IMG/VR virus record: IMGVR_UViG_3300012953_002453
Direction: 5' to 3' (one strand)
Source: an uncultured virus (IMG/VR IMGVR_UViG_3300012953_002453)
Taxonomy: Duplodnaviria > Heunggongvirae > Uroviricota > Caudoviricetes
Length of the DNA stretch: 64,000 bases
Positions 28,100 through 38,162 of the stretch are shown here, in pieces. The first letter of the stretch is position 1; each line of letters starts with the position of its first letter. Made by a program: the position numbers and the translations under genes. The notes below the pieces were generated by a model that saw only the letters and a program-made list of their open reading frames with translations, was not told the DNA's origin and made no database searches.

Positions 28100-28154
28100 A
28101 TACTATTACTCCTGTATAAATTGTTAACCATATTAATAGTTCCATAGATTTACC

Positions 28155-28934
28155 TTATTTTGATTTATTCACTTTCTTTTCAAGTTTCTCAACTTTCTTT
28201 TCAAGTTTACCTGCGTATGCGTCTAACTTCTTATTTTCTTTTCTTATCTCATTAGCAATAGCAGTTTGTTCAGTTAATTGATATTTTAAAGACTTGTCTT
28301 TTTCACTAGTCTTTGTTAATTCTTTTTCTTTGTTCTCTATGACTTTTAGTTTCTCAACATATAAATCATAATCAGGTCTTAACTTGTCATATTTGTTCCA
28401 TTGTGCTTTTGCTTCAGCACCAATCTTACCTTGATATGGGCAAGGTGTTCCGGAATGTATCATTGCTTCAAACACTCTAGGATCCTGACACAATATAGAA
28501 ACAGCAGCGACCTTCATACCTAGGTCATTTAAGACTTTACTTAATTTAATTCGTTCACAATTTTCGTCTCTTATATGAGCACCAAGTGATAAACCGATAC
28601 CAGGATATTGTAGTCCACCAGACATACCCATAACGCAAACATCTTGCGACATAGCACTCATAGAGGGCGCTGAGGCAGTATTCTGTTGGTCTCTTATGTT
28701 TGAGTTGTTGTTTGTGGTTGCGTTAGTCGTACTTGTGGTATTACTAGACGAACCGCTAGCGTAAGTAGTTGTTGATTCCTGCGAATATCCACCTGTGATT
28801 GTAGTATTACTTCCCGTAGAATTTGAGAGAGTATTAGTAGTCGCTCCAGATGATGTGGTATCAGACCAAACAGGACTTGTAGTGAGTCCTAGCATAACAA
28901 AACATACTATAAAAAGATTAAATAATCTATCCAT
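28155..28934 (-). CDS. Exported Cys-containing protein with Ser/Thr-rich N-terminus
   Basis: Signal peptide; QDVC...DENCERIKL...LCQDPRVF.AM...GTPCP. Confidence 0.75.
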   Translation of the reverse strand: MDRLFNLFIVCFVMLGLTTSPVWSDTTSSGATTNTLSNSTGSNTTITGGYSQESTTTYASGSSSNTTSTTNATTNNNSNIRDQQNTASAPSMSAMSQDVCVMGMSGGLQYPGIGLSLGAHIRDENCERIKLSKVLNDLGMKVAAVSILCQDPRVFEAMIHSGTPCPYQGKIGAEAKAQWNKYDKLRPDYDLYVEKLKVIENKEKELTKTSEKDKSLKYQLTEQTAIANEIRKENKKLDAYAGKLEKKVEKLEKKVNKSK

Positions 28935-28965
28935 TGTGTGTGTCCTTGAGTATGTTCTATATTAT

Positions 28966-28973
28966 TATTTATA
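28966..28973 (-). promoter_or_regulatory. Late promoter TATAAATA
   Basis: Exact match, intergenic. Confidence 0.75.
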
Positions 28974-29041
28974 GAGAAGGCACATTCTAAATGGTTGTTT
29001 TCGTGGGAAAAATTTGACACAGGGAGGTGTCAGTTATTTGA

Positions 29042-29521
29042 CTAGAGTTTTCCTTGACTAATTGCTAACCATATCAAACCACCTATTGTGGCTGCGACTA
29101 GAAGTATTAGTAAAGTGATGGCGATACCATCTAATATGTTGCGTTGCAACTCCTTTTGTGCATAGATTTCCTTTTCTCTTTGAGCTCTTATCTTTCTACG
29201 CATATCTGTAAGTTCTTTCCAGGTATTAGGACCAAACCTGAAGTTTAAAAGAGTTCTCAACTCTTTCTCTTGTTCCATTATTTTCTTTTCGTGTAATAGT
29301 AATTGTAGAGATTCTTCTTCTACAGAACCTGCCTGAAATAACTTTTTGAATATAGGAGGTTTCTTATTGTGTTCTTGTGCTTTGCGTATATCTGCTACAG
29401 CAGTATACCACTTTCCCATTTGTTTGAAAGTATGTTCAGCTTCTTGGCCTAATGCGACTGCTCTGGTTACTGCTTTGTATGCTGATGTTGCCATTGCTAT
29501 GGCAGAAATAGGGTCTATCAA
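29042..29521 (-). CDS. Hypothetical protein with C-terminal TM
   Basis: MIDPISA.A.A, GSVEEE.L, EKELR. Confidence 0.7.
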   Translation of the reverse strand: MIDPISAIAMATSAYKAVTRAVALGQEAEHTFKQMGKWYTAVADIRKAQEHNKKPPIFKKLFQAGSVEEESLQLLLHEKKIMEQEKELRTLLNFRFGPNTWKELTDMRRKIRAQREKEIYAQKELQRNILDGIAITLLILLVAATIGGLIWLAISQGKL

Positions 29522-29581
29522 TGTCCTTATACCTTATGCTAAAGTTTTATAGTCATAAAGTACAATTCAATTCAGATACTA

Positions 29582-29947
29582 CTATTTATCTTTTTTCTCT
29601 TCAGGTTCGTAATATTTTTTATACTCATCTAATAATCTATTAGTCTTTACCATATGATTTCTAATCTGAGCAAAGTTCTTTGCAATGAGTTGATAGTCAG
29701 CGTCTGTTAAACCAAACAACACAGGGTCTATACCTGCTTCTTCTAACTTCTTAAATACTTCTTCTGCATTTTCAGAAGTAATAATAATCCACTTAATCTG
29801 TTCTAGTTCAGGTGGTGTTGGTTTATCTAAATTTAGTTTTGCTCTTTCTACTTCTGTTTTAAAGATGTCTAACTTCTTAACAGAAGAACAACCACTAACT
29901 GCGATTGCAAGTATTAAAACTAAAAATATATTTTTAATATTGTACAT
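29582..29947 (-). CDS. Putative o-spanin (outer-membrane lipoprotein)
   Basis: VSGC lipobox; overlaps the 3' end of the i-spanin candidate. Confidence 0.65.
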   Translation of the reverse strand: MYNIKNIFLVLILAIAVSGCSSVKKLDIFKTEVERAKLNLDKPTPPELEQIKWIIITSENAEEVFKKLEEAGIDPVLFGLTDADYQLIAKNFAQIRNHMVKTNRLLDEYKKYYEPEEKKDK

Positions 29948-30407
29948 AATTTGGATTCGCTATTGATGGACATTCAGAATTAATTTCACTCTTTTTAGTT
30001 GCCTTAATTTCATTGTCTGTAAGAGGAGAACCCATAGCGATTTCAATACATCTAGTAGCATTTACACTACCTTTGTTAACTATTCTCTCTATTACTTTTG
30101 TTCTCTCTACAGCAAGTTTACCAATGTCTCGTTGTTTTTTATTAAACCTTTTGTCAAGGTCGGTTAAGTCTTTCTTTAGGGCACTCACCAGAACATTCAT
30201 TTGTTTGTTCGCTTCTAGTATTTTACCAAAGTCTTCTTTTTGTTGTTTGATTACAGCCTTTTGGTCGTTAACTGCTTCTTCTAACTTGATTTGATTTGCT
30301 TTCAATATCTCATTGTCTGCTTTCAACTTATAAACATAAGCTGCACCACCGGCTAGTCCTGCAATCAATATACCTGCCATAATCATTTTTGCACCACCGA
30401 ATATCAT
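29934..30407 (-). CDS. Putative i-spanin
   Basis: N-terminal TM, coiled coil, C-terminal Cys residues. Confidence 0.65.
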   Translation of the reverse strand: MIFGGAKMIMAGILIAGLAGGAAYVYKLKADNEILKANQIKLEEAVNDQKAVIKQQKEDFGKILEANKQMNVLVSALKKDLTDLDKRFNKKQRDIGKLAVERTKVIERIVNKGSVNATRCIEIAMGSPLTDNEIKATKKSEINSECPSIANPNYVQY

Positions 30408-30411
30408 ATTA

Positions 30412-30519
30412 TTATCTCCAGAATTTTAATTTACTTGTTAATTCTGCTAGGTCTTCAAACTTTTCGTTTACATACCAACCTAAAACAAAACCAACTATAA
30501 GTCCTATTGTTAAAAACAT
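30412..30519 (-). CDS. Small membrane protein (35 aa)
   Basis: Manual ORF MFLTIGLIVGFVLGWY...; GAGG SD. Confidence 0.55.
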   Translation of the reverse strand: MFLTIGLIVGFVLGWYVNEKFEDLAELTSKLKFWR

Positions 30520-30788
30520 TATTTTTTACCTCTTAATTTTACTTGTTCTACTTTCACTTTTGCTATTTCATCTTCTAGTTTATTAATTTTCTTTACTAAC
30601 ATAGGAAACTTTTGTATTAGTTTCTCTTCTTTAGAAAGAACATCTAAATCGTATCTCTTGGCTGCCCAACTATAACACTTATCTACTTTCTTGTAAAACC
30701 AGATACCCATTTTAGTTTTCTTAAACCAGGCATTAGTAGATTGTCCTACTATGGCACCCATAGCAGATTTTATTAAAAAGAACCACAT
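30519..30788 (-). CDS. Hypothetical protein
   Basis: Start revised to MWFFLIK. Confidence 0.65.
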   Translation of the reverse strand: MWFFLIKSAMGAIVGQSTNAWFKKTKMGIWFYKKVDKCYSWAAKRYDLDVLSKEEKLIQKFPMLVKKINKLEDEIAKVKVEQVKLRGKK

Positions 30789-30789
30789 A

Positions 30790-31293
30790 TTATTTCTTCG
30801 CCTGTGGTTTTGCACCTCGTGGAGCGCTTGAGTTGATTGCCCAACGACCAAACATTCTCACACTATAGTAAGCAGATTTAATCTTCCACTTAGGAACTGA
30901 AGGTTCTGAATTTTCCATACCTTGTCTGAATATCTTATCTGCTATACTTCTATATAGTTCTCTTTGTTTCTTTGTAGATATGATACCTTCTTTAAATGCA
31001 CCGTTAATTTTTTCGTATAAAATGTCGTGTATTACAGCTGCTCTTGCAACATCAAATGGAGCAATAAATGCCCAACATATTCTTGGTACACTTGCAAGGT
31101 CTGTTATATAATTTTTTGGTACCGTAATTGTTGCTGTATTTTTTCCATTATCAATAACATCTACGCTACATTCTTTCAACATTTCTACTTCTGTATTATC
31201 TAAATCATCTGATTTAAACCTTAGCGCTTTATTTAATACCCAGTTTCTTGGTGGTAAAAATATTGCGTCTAATAATCCGTTAAAACTACTCAT
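30790..31293 (-). CDS. DUF1353 family protein
   Basis: VP..Y.TDLASVPR, AAVIHD.LY, AD.IF, Y.SVR.FG. Confidence 0.85.
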   Translation of the reverse strand: MSSFNGLLDAIFLPPRNWVLNKALRFKSDDLDNTEVEMLKECSVDVIDNGKNTATITVPKNYITDLASVPRICWAFIAPFDVARAAVIHDILYEKINGAFKEGIISTKKQRELYRSIADKIFRQGMENSEPSVPKWKIKSAYYSVRMFGRWAINSSAPRGAKPQAKK

Positions 31294-31876
31294 TGTTATC
31301 CTCTCGTTTAACTATTTTTAAGTTCTTTGTTTTCTTATCTTGTTTTATTCCGTGTCTAGGATCCTTGTTGGCTTGTAAACCAATCTTCCTGCTAGGTCGT
31401 GTTGCACTAACTGGAGGAGTATCTCCTAAACTTGGTATTGGGTTAAGTGAACCATAAGAACCTTGACCGATACTACCAAAGGCACTATCAGTTAATTTTG
31501 CTTTTTCTAAAATTGATTTTTTTTGTTCACCTACGACAAACTCTGGTTCGTTTTTACCGTATGTTAATTCGTCTACAATAACATCTAGTCTATCTAATTG
31601 GTCTAATACACTATTCAGTACAGCGTTATTGTTATCTTTGTTCTCTTTAATCTTTGTACCAAGTCTAGTTAGAACATCTTTCTTTTTTTTCTTATCTTGT
31701 ACAGCGTCAGGTGGCATAGATACTCCACCGTGTGCAACTGCATTAGCAGGCGCTTCTTCTGGAACACAATTAGGTACAACTCGGTCACCTTTCTTTTTAG
31801 TGCCAACTTGTTTGTAACCTGTCCAACAAGCTTCCCATACATCTTTAAATTCTTTTAATTTTTTATCTTCGCTCAT
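31286..31876 (-). CDS. Probable virion-internal protein
   Basis: CWTGYKQVG.KKKG...VPNCVPE module, EAPAN. Confidence 0.65.
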   Translation of the reverse strand: MSEDKKLKEFKDVWEACWTGYKQVGTKKKGDRVVPNCVPEEAPANAVAHGGVSMPPDAVQDKKKKKDVLTRLGTKIKENKDNNNAVLNSVLDQLDRLDVIVDELTYGKNEPEFVVGEQKKSILEKAKLTDSAFGSIGQGSYGSLNPIPSLGDTPPVSATRPSRKIGLQANKDPRHGIKQDKKTKNLKIVKREDNNE

Positions 31877-32456
31877 CTAAATAGTCTCCAGGAACATATA
31901 TTTCTTGCATATCTTTACCGTACTTCATCTTATATATATCTAAACCTAACACCGTGGAATCAGGTGTAAGTTCTTCTAAAGTAAAGACATCTGTACCTTT
32001 AGGTAAAAATTCTTCGCCAGTAAATAGTTCTTCTTTTAATTGATAACTTCCAACTTTTAAAGTTGAATCTGTAAAGTACTCTTCATTAAGAGACATAGAA
32101 TAAACTAATTCGTTCTTCTCTTTTAATATCTTAACAAGTGTACTCTCTATGTTCTTACCTTGGTCTAAAGCAAACTCTTTATCTTCTTTTAGTAATAAAC
32201 CTAATGCAACAGCAAATGAACCTATCTTACCACCTAATCCTACTCTACCTAGTATTCTTTTTAAGTTGAATACAAATCTATGTAGCATTGTGTAAGATGA
32301 TTTTTCTGCACCTGTTTTTAATAGTCTATATGGTTTAAGTACTTTACCATCTGCGTCTATAATACCTGTTTTAAACGCTGCTTGGTTCTTAAACGGAGTA
32401 ACCAATAATTTAATTACTCTATAAGCTATTAATAAATCTACTGCTCTACTTGCCAT
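31863..32456 (-). CDS. Conserved hypothetical T4-like protein
   Basis: YRVIKLLVTPF...A...GIID..G, YT..HR.VFNLKR. Confidence 0.75.
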   Translation of the reverse strand: MASRAVDLLIAYRVIKLLVTPFKNQAAFKTGIIDADGKVLKPYRLLKTGAEKSSYTMLHRFVFNLKRILGRVGLGGKIGSFAVALGLLLKEDKEFALDQGKNIESTLVKILKEKNELVYSMSLNEEYFTDSTLKVGSYQLKEELFTGEEFLPKGTDVFTLEELTPDSTVLGLDIYKMKYGKDMQEIYVPGDYLDERR

Positions 32457-32818
32457 TATAGTTTCTCTAACTCCTGTTTAACATATTCGTCTTCTGTCAG
32501 TTCATTTAGTTCCGACGGATACAAATAGTTTAGGTATTTAAAAACAGACTTTAGGATTGGCCAATACTTCGTATCATTTTTATATAACAATAAAGTTATA
32601 CAGGCATCCGTACCGAAAACATTTTGTAGTACGATAATATGATTTGTTACCAACCTAATTTTTAATAGGCTCGTAGTTTCATATTTCCGAAACAATCTTT
32701 TGAGATATTTAAATCTCTTTATATCATCCCAAAATTCTTTTTCAGTTTCAAATGTCGGATTATCATAATGCTTTTGTGCATATAATAACCAATTCTTATC
32801 GGTTATCTGTTTGAACAT
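32456..32818 (-). CDS. Conserved hypothetical T4-like protein
   Basis: YA.KHYDNP....EF..D.KRFKYLKRL, NHII...NVFG. Confidence 0.75.
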   Translation of the reverse strand: MFKQITDKNWLLYAQKHYDNPTFETEKEFWDDIKRFKYLKRLFRKYETTSLLKIRLVTNHIIVLQNVFGTDACITLLLYKNDTKYWPILKSVFKYLNYLYPSELNELTEDEYVKQELEKL

Positions 32819-32828
32819 TAACTTACGC

Positions 32829-33251
32829 CTATTTTAATTTAGCGTAAACCTTTGATGAACCGTTAGACAATGTTTCGTACTTAACTTCTAATTTTAAGTT
32901 ATCAATACCAGGACCATTATCTACTACTACATCTTCAGGTTTCGTTTCAGTTGTTTTACCGTATGTACCACCGAATTGTTTTACTTCACCAGATACCGTT
33001 CCAGCGTCACCTTCTAATTTCATAGGTGAAATGTCTAAACCAATTCTCATTAACTTTTCTCTTAATGAATCAACTGCTTGTTGTGGTTTGATATATTCCA
33101 TATCTGCAACCGAACCAACAAATGCGTTAACTCTTTTAAGTACATTAGGGTCTTTCAAATTTGCTGTACCGATATTACTATCTTCAGCAGCATTTGATGT
33201 AGCTGTTCCGACCATCTTGTCTTCTTTTATGTGTTCTTTAAAAGTTTTCAT
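32829..33251 (-). CDS. Probable virion-internal protein
   Basis: N-terminus MKTFKEHIKE resembles the T4 capsid-targeting sequence. Confidence 0.65.
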   Translation of the reverse strand: MKTFKEHIKEDKMVGTATSNAAEDSNIGTANLKDPNVLKRVNAFVGSVADMEYIKPQQAVDSLREKLMRIGLDISPMKLEGDAGTVSGEVKQFGGTYGKTTETKPEDVVVDNGPGIDNLKLEVKYETLSNGSSKVYAKLK

Positions 33252-33401
33252 TTATTCCTCTTTTTCTTTTTTATTATCTTTTTTAGTACCAGGTACTAAA
33301 TCTTCTTCAAATTCATTAAGGTCATTTTCAGTATTAACCTCGTTTGGGTTAACCGTTAAAATCTCTTGTAAAGTATTTGACTTTTCAGTTATTTTATCCA
33401 T
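33252..33401 (-). CDS. Small acidic protein (49 aa)
   Basis: Manual ORF MDKITEKSN...; GAGG SD. Confidence 0.5.
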   Translation of the reverse strand: MDKITEKSNTLQEILTVNPNEVNTENDLNEFEEDLVPGTKKDNKKEKEE

Positions 33402-33636
33402 TTGGTTGTTCCTCTACAGCGGGTGTTAACTCTTTTTCTGCTTCTCTTAATGTCAAATCGCTATCTGCTTTTCGCATTAACTTTTCTAGTACTTGTACTG
33501 CACCGTGCAAAGCATTTAAACGAGACTTTGTACTTGCTAGTTCATTCTCTAGTTTGTTAACACTTTCAGTTAGTGTTTCTCTTTCTTTAAATAGTTGATT
33601 ATATTCTTTCTCAACTACGCCAAGTGATATAGCCAT
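33394..33636 (-). CDS. Coiled-coil hypothetical protein
   Basis: GAGGAG SD; LNALHGA.Q. Confidence 0.7.
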   Translation of the reverse strand: MAISLGVVEKEYNQLFKERETLTESVNKLENELASTKSRLNALHGAVQVLEKLMRKADSDLTLREAEKELTPAVEEQPNG

Positions 33637-33663
33637 AATTATTTCTCCTCAAATTAATTAATA

Positions 33664-34113
33664 TTATGCGAGTGTAGCACCATTATGTGCAATTACATTC
33701 CATTTAGAATTTTTAAATAAACAAGTTACCGTTTCACCTTCACCATCTAAAGAGATAGTTGAATATCCTCTTAAATTATCTGGTGTAATAGTGATGGCGT
33801 TACCACCAGTACCTACTGCAATAATTGTTTTAATCATTCCGTTAGTACCATCTGCCATTGAAAGTGCTGTTGCACCGCCAGATTGGTCTACTTCTGAAAT
33901 TGCTGATGTTGTGTTAATCGCTGTACTAGCAGAAGTTAATGCTTCACTAGTTGATGTCAATCCGATAAAAGTTGGGATGTTATTAAAAACATCTTTCGCT
34001 GTTACCTTTTTATTAATTGGTGTATTTGAAGGGTCATCAACAATATGGAATAAATCCTCTACTGCCAATGATGTGCCTAGGTTATCTAGGGCTGTAATTT
34101 TCTTGTCTGCCAT
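33664..34113 (-). CDS. Putative virion structural protein
   Basis: MADKKITAL, D......NKKVT; late promoter at 34182-34189. Confidence 0.7.
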   Translation of the reverse strand: MADKKITALDNLGTSLAVEDLFHIVDDPSNTPINKKVTAKDVFNNIPTFIGLTSTSEALTSASTAINTTSAISEVDQSGGATALSMADGTNGMIKTIIAVGTGGNAITITPDNLRGYSTISLDGEGETVTCLFKNSKWNVIAHNGATLA

Positions 34114-34181
34114 TTTTGTTCTCCTATAATTCCACTAATTGTGGTAAACTACTGCGTACATCATATACGCACCATTAATAC

Positions 34182-34189
34182 TATTTATA
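34182..34189 (-). promoter_or_regulatory. Late promoter TATAAATA
   Basis: Exact match, intergenic. Confidence 0.75.
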
Positions 34190-34194
34190 CAAAT

Positions 34195-34221
34195 AAAAAA
34201 GGGGACCACAAAGGATCCCCT
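34195..34221 (-). terminator. Rho-independent terminator
   Basis: GGGGATCC...GGTCCCC stem followed by T6. Confidence 0.75.
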
Positions 34222-34253
34222 AATATTGTTAATTTTATTGTTCTTATTATCTA

Positions 34254-34832
34254 TTACGCAACAGCAGTAATTGTTCCTGCGCCAGAACCAGCAGCAGCTG
34301 ATATAGCGACAGCAGCAGCACTTGAAGCAACCGTATCAGTAATAGTTCCACCTGCTAAAGCGACATTCTGAGCCGCAATAGATAGTACATCATCTGCACT
34401 AATAGTTGAACCACCTGCACCTACAACTAATGTAAATGTTACCGTGTTAGCAGTTGCAGCCGATTTCGTCAATGTTAATGACGCAGCTGAACCACCACCT
34501 GCTTGTGAGTTGGTTACTGCGATTGTAGGCGAACCTGCAACCGTTATTTGTTCGTTATAGTTTACCGTTACCGATAAAGTACCACCAGCAGATACATCAA
34601 ATTCTGATATATCCCATTCAGTTGATGAAATTGTAGCGGCAGCTAATGCTGTTGCTAATCCACCAATTGCGACTAGTACTTCAGGAGTAGCGGAAGTATT
34701 TCCGTTTCCAGTTCTAGCAGACCCTGCTCTTACAACCCAACCTTTTTCATTAGCAAAAACTTCTGCTTTTTCAGTTGTAGTAAGATTTTTAGGTTTACTT
34801 TCATCACTGGAGCTTGATCCCCATAAACTCAT
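34254..34832 (-). CDS. Putative virion structural/decoration protein
   Basis: MSLWG...KPK, GWV, EVLVAI; Ala/Thr-rich; TATAAATA at 34880-34887. Confidence 0.7.
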   Translation of the reverse strand: MSLWGSSSSDESKPKNLTTTEKAEVFANEKGWVVRAGSARTGNGNTSATPEVLVAIGGLATALAAATISSTEWDISEFDVSAGGTLSVTVNYNEQITVAGSPTIAVTNSQAGGGSAASLTLTKSAATANTVTFTLVVGAGGSTISADDVLSIAAQNVALAGGTITDTVASSAAAVAISAAAGSGAGTITAVA

Positions 34833-34894
34833 AGTATCTCTCCTTATTAATTTAAGTTAACTTAATGATTAATCTTTTATATTTATAAGATTGA

Positions 34895-35491
34895 CTATTT
34901 AAAACCAAGTTTCTTCAATTCAGAAATCGTTTTAGCAGTACTAGTATGATGAATACCTATACCACCTCTTGCTCTAAACTGATTGATGTTTTTTATATAG
35001 TCGTCAATTAGAATTGTTGGCATACCACCAACTTTAGCAAAATTCTGTTTTTCTCTTCGTTTTACTAAATTCACTTTACTACCGGACATACCTAATTTTG
35101 TTCTAGCCCATTTTGATTTGCCAGGAATACAACTAGGATCCGAAGTCTGTTCTACATAAGCAGATAAGATATGTGGGTCATACTTTGATATGAAAGACCA
35201 AAGTCTTTGACCACCTGGATTCCAAGGTAATGTAGACCAGAAATTTTTAGTCTGCATTATTGGTTGCCACTTATCTCTTATTGTTTTAAATTTCTTTCTA
35301 GGTTCTAATGCCCATTGTGATAGAGGCATTTTAACTGCCTTTTGTGCAGCTTGTTCAAAATTACATAGGACTCCGTCCATATCACAATAGATACGAGGCA
35401 ACTTCTTATTGTCTTGTCTAAATGCTTCGTTTTTTAATGATAGTTTTTTGACTTGATGTACAACATCACTTCGGAGTTCTTTGAATTTCAT
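34895..35491 (-). CDS. HAD-family 5'(3')-deoxyribonucleotidase-like protein
   Basis: IYCDMDGVL, GK..W, ILIDD...N...F...GG.GI.H. Confidence 0.85.
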   Translation of the reverse strand: MKFKELRSDVVHQVKKLSLKNEAFRQDNKKLPRIYCDMDGVLCNFEQAAQKAVKMPLSQWALEPRKKFKTIRDKWQPIMQTKNFWSTLPWNPGGQRLWSFISKYDPHILSAYVEQTSDPSCIPGKSKWARTKLGMSGSKVNLVKRREKQNFAKVGGMPTILIDDYIKNINQFRARGGIGIHHTSTAKTISELKKLGFK

Positions 35492-35522
35492 AGTGTTTTA
35501 TATCCTTTTTTCATTATGCTTT

Positions 35523-35564
35523 ATATTAACACATTTCTATAGCTTTGTCAAGCACAAAATGAGC
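35523..35564 (-). promoter_or_regulatory. Extended early promoter GCTCATTTTGTGCTTGACA-17-TAATAT
   Basis: Repeated motif. Confidence 0.75.
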
Positions 35565-35576
35565 AAAAAGATGTAA

Positions 35577-35897
35577 TTATGCTGTATAATCTATCTTTGG
35601 ATTAACATCAATCTTGTCTGATTTACTTGCGTTTAATGTAGTTTTCTTTTCAGGTTCTTTTGACTTGATGTTCATAGGGTCTTTAGGTTCTTGTGATTTA
35701 GGTAGAACCGTATCTCCGGACATATCTTTATTTGTGTTATCTTCTTTCTTTGCTCTTAATTTTGCAAGGTCAGAACCATCAATCTTACCGTTATTGTTCT
35801 TATCTAATTTTTGTTGTTTCGGAGATAACTTCTCTTGCATTACTGCAGCTGTTATCGCTTCTTCAACTGAACCAGGTTTACTTTTTAAATATGACAT
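35577..35897 (-). CDS. Probable internal head protein with EF-hand-like loop
   Basis: LSPKQQKLDKNNNGKIDGSDL.KLR. Confidence 0.65.
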   Translation of the reverse strand: MSYLKSKPGSVEEAITAAVMQEKLSPKQQKLDKNNNGKIDGSDLAKLRAKKEDNTNKDMSGDTVLPKSQEPKDPMNIKSKEPEKKTTLNASKSDKIDVNPKIDYTA

Positions 35898-35898
35898 A

Positions 35899-37863
35899 TT
35901 AGCTTCCTTTTACTTTAGCGGCAAGGTCTTTGTCTGCCCCACCCCAAGTTCCACTTGATTTAGTTATAAATGAATTTACTCTAGCAAACGCCCATTGGTG
36001 TTGACTAGCCCCAGGTCTATGTCCACCTTTCCAGGCAGCCATTCCTCTATCGTATACTTTCTTTAGAATACCATATGGCATTCCAGATTTTTCTGCTTTG
36101 TTTTTTAATCCTTCAATTGCTTCATACATTTCTTTTGCAGGATGATTTTTGTTTTCAATGTTAAGTTTCTTCTTAACCATATTAGTAGCAGTTCCGTATC
36201 TAACACTATCGCCTTTCTTACCGTAAGCGTCTTTAAATTTCTTCTTCGGTAATTCATCAGCCATTTTATGTACTTGTTTGATTTGACCTTTAGTCATATC
36301 AGTATCTTCTTTTTTCTCTTTATTCTTTGGTTCTTTATATCCATTTGCGAAAGCAGCTTTTCTTTGTGCGTCTGAAGCAAAGCCTTCGTTAGTTCTTTGT
36401 AATACTTTTTGAACATCTGGATGGTCAGATAAACCTTTTGCGATTTTTTCAATTGCCTTAATGGCACCTGTCATATCGCCACCTTTATATCTCTTATCGT
36501 TTGCAACGCCATATGCCATTTTGATTTGTTGTGAAGTAAATGTAGCTTCTGAAATAACTTCTTCTTTTACATTTTTCTTTTGTTTGTCTCTTAATATCTT
36601 TTGTGCTAATCCAACTTGTAATGGAACTTCTCCTGTATCAGGATTTGGTTCTGGTTTGATTGCTTTATTCTTTTCGTTTTCTAATTTTGTTTTTAACATA
36701 TGTATCTGGTCTTTAAGAGCGTCTACATCAACTTTAGGTTCATCTTTCTTCTCTTTCTTCAAGTCTTTAAACTTAATCTTACCAGATTCAACTTCACCAT
36801 TTTCTGTTTCTTCTGTAAACTTAACTGGTGCTAATACCGTACCGTGTGTTTTCGGGTCTAGTACTACCATCATTTCTTGTCCTGGTGTAGTCTTCTTATA
36901 ATCTTTATTAATCTTTTTGAAATTTGCTTTACTGATTTCAACAGGACCTTTACCAGTATATTTGTAATCTCTACCAGCAAGTACTGCTTCTTCAATTTTA
37001 CTTTCAGTCTTTAAGTGAGACCTAGTTGCTAATTGCATATCTAAAATTTTTCTCATATTACCTTTTAGTTCAATACCACCAGGTACATCTGATACTTTTA
37101 ATCCGTGTTGTTTTGCAAGTGAAACCATATTTGATTTCTCTTTTTCATTTGTGAAACCTTTAATAGTTCCTGTACCTTCGTTTAATTCGTCTTCTTCTTT
37201 AGTTAGTATTCTAGTGTCTGGGAAGTTATCCATTACTTTTTTATGGATTGCTTCTACATCTTTTGCACTATCAATTCTAACTTCTGAACCAGATTTAGAA
37301 ATTTCTCCACCACCTGTTTTACCTTTAAACATATTTGCAATCTTACTTGCTTCACCACCGTTCTTTGCCATATACTCTACATAATCAGTATATTCTAAAA
37401 TAACTTGGTCCCAAGATTTGTTTTCAAATGCTGAAAGTTTTACACCTTTAGGTACTTTGATACCTTTTTGTATCATACGACTAACTGCCATTGCTGAAAT
37501 AAAAGGAATGTCTGCTTTGAAGAGTTTAGGAAGTTGTGCGTCTGCAATTTTGTCAAAGATGTTTCTTAACTGATTTGCTCTTGCGATAGATATTCTCTTA
37601 CCTGCAAGACTAGCATATTCTGCTTTTAACTTTTTGATTTGTTGGTCTGTAAATTCAACCAGTTGTTCTTCCTTGATGTCTTCTTCACCTAGAATAGTTT
37701 TAACGGTTGCAACAGGCAACTTCATTTGTTTTGCAATGTCTTCAGCTGATTTACCTTGGTCAAAAAGAGTAGCAATAGTCTTCATCTTGCCTTCGTCAAT
37801 CTGAATATCGTTTGCCCACACCTCTTCTAGTGCTTCTCTCATTGTTTGTGTATATCTTGTCAT
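35899..37863 (-). CDS. Large modular probable internal head protein
   Basis: Short modules separated by [ILV]xE junctions; C-terminal LKNKAEKSG...VYDRG.AAW..GHRPG...QWAFARVNSF. Confidence 0.7.
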   Translation of the reverse strand: MTRYTQTMREALEEVWANDIQIDEGKMKTIATLFDQGKSAEDIAKQMKLPVATVKTILGEEDIKEEQLVEFTDQQIKKLKAEYASLAGKRISIARANQLRNIFDKIADAQLPKLFKADIPFISAMAVSRMIQKGIKVPKGVKLSAFENKSWDQVILEYTDYVEYMAKNGGEASKIANMFKGKTGGGEISKSGSEVRIDSAKDVEAIHKKVMDNFPDTRILTKEEDELNEGTGTIKGFTNEKEKSNMVSLAKQHGLKVSDVPGGIELKGNMRKILDMQLATRSHLKTESKIEEAVLAGRDYKYTGKGPVEISKANFKKINKDYKKTTPGQEMMVVLDPKTHGTVLAPVKFTEETENGEVESGKIKFKDLKKEKKDEPKVDVDALKDQIHMLKTKLENEKNKAIKPEPNPDTGEVPLQVGLAQKILRDKQKKNVKEEVISEATFTSQQIKMAYGVANDKRYKGGDMTGAIKAIEKIAKGLSDHPDVQKVLQRTNEGFASDAQRKAAFANGYKEPKNKEKKEDTDMTKGQIKQVHKMADELPKKKFKDAYGKKGDSVRYGTATNMVKKKLNIENKNHPAKEMYEAIEGLKNKAEKSGMPYGILKKVYDRGMAAWKGGHRPGASQHQWAFARVNSFITKSSGTWGGADKDLAAKVKGS

Positions 37864-37877
37864 CTTATATTTCTCTC

Positions 37878-38159
37878 CTAAAATTCCTTTATTTCTATAA
37901 TTAGTCTACCTTCACCTTTGTGTACTCTATGAAATGTTTCCTTTGGTATATCAAAAACATCTCCTACTTTCATAATGACTGGGAGTTTATTATCCATTTG
38001 TAATTTCCAATTAACTCCTGCAATAATTCTTATCGTTCTATTTCGTCTATCTCGGTGCCAAACTAAATTCTCTTCTTTGGCGTCTTGTCCGAAACTTCGT
38101 TGAAAGAAATCGTCCGTTTTTGTTTCGTCCGGTCTTTCATCATAAAATTCCATTGTCAA
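37878..38159 (-). CDS. Cupin-fold protein
   Basis: LVWHRD, IPKE.FHRV.KG. Confidence 0.7.
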   Translation of the reverse strand: MTMEFYDERPDETKTDDFFQRSFGQDAKEENLVWHRDRRNRTIRIIAGVNWKLQMDNKLPVIMKVGDVFDIPKETFHRVHKGEGRLIIEIKEF

Positions 38160-38162
38160 CTC

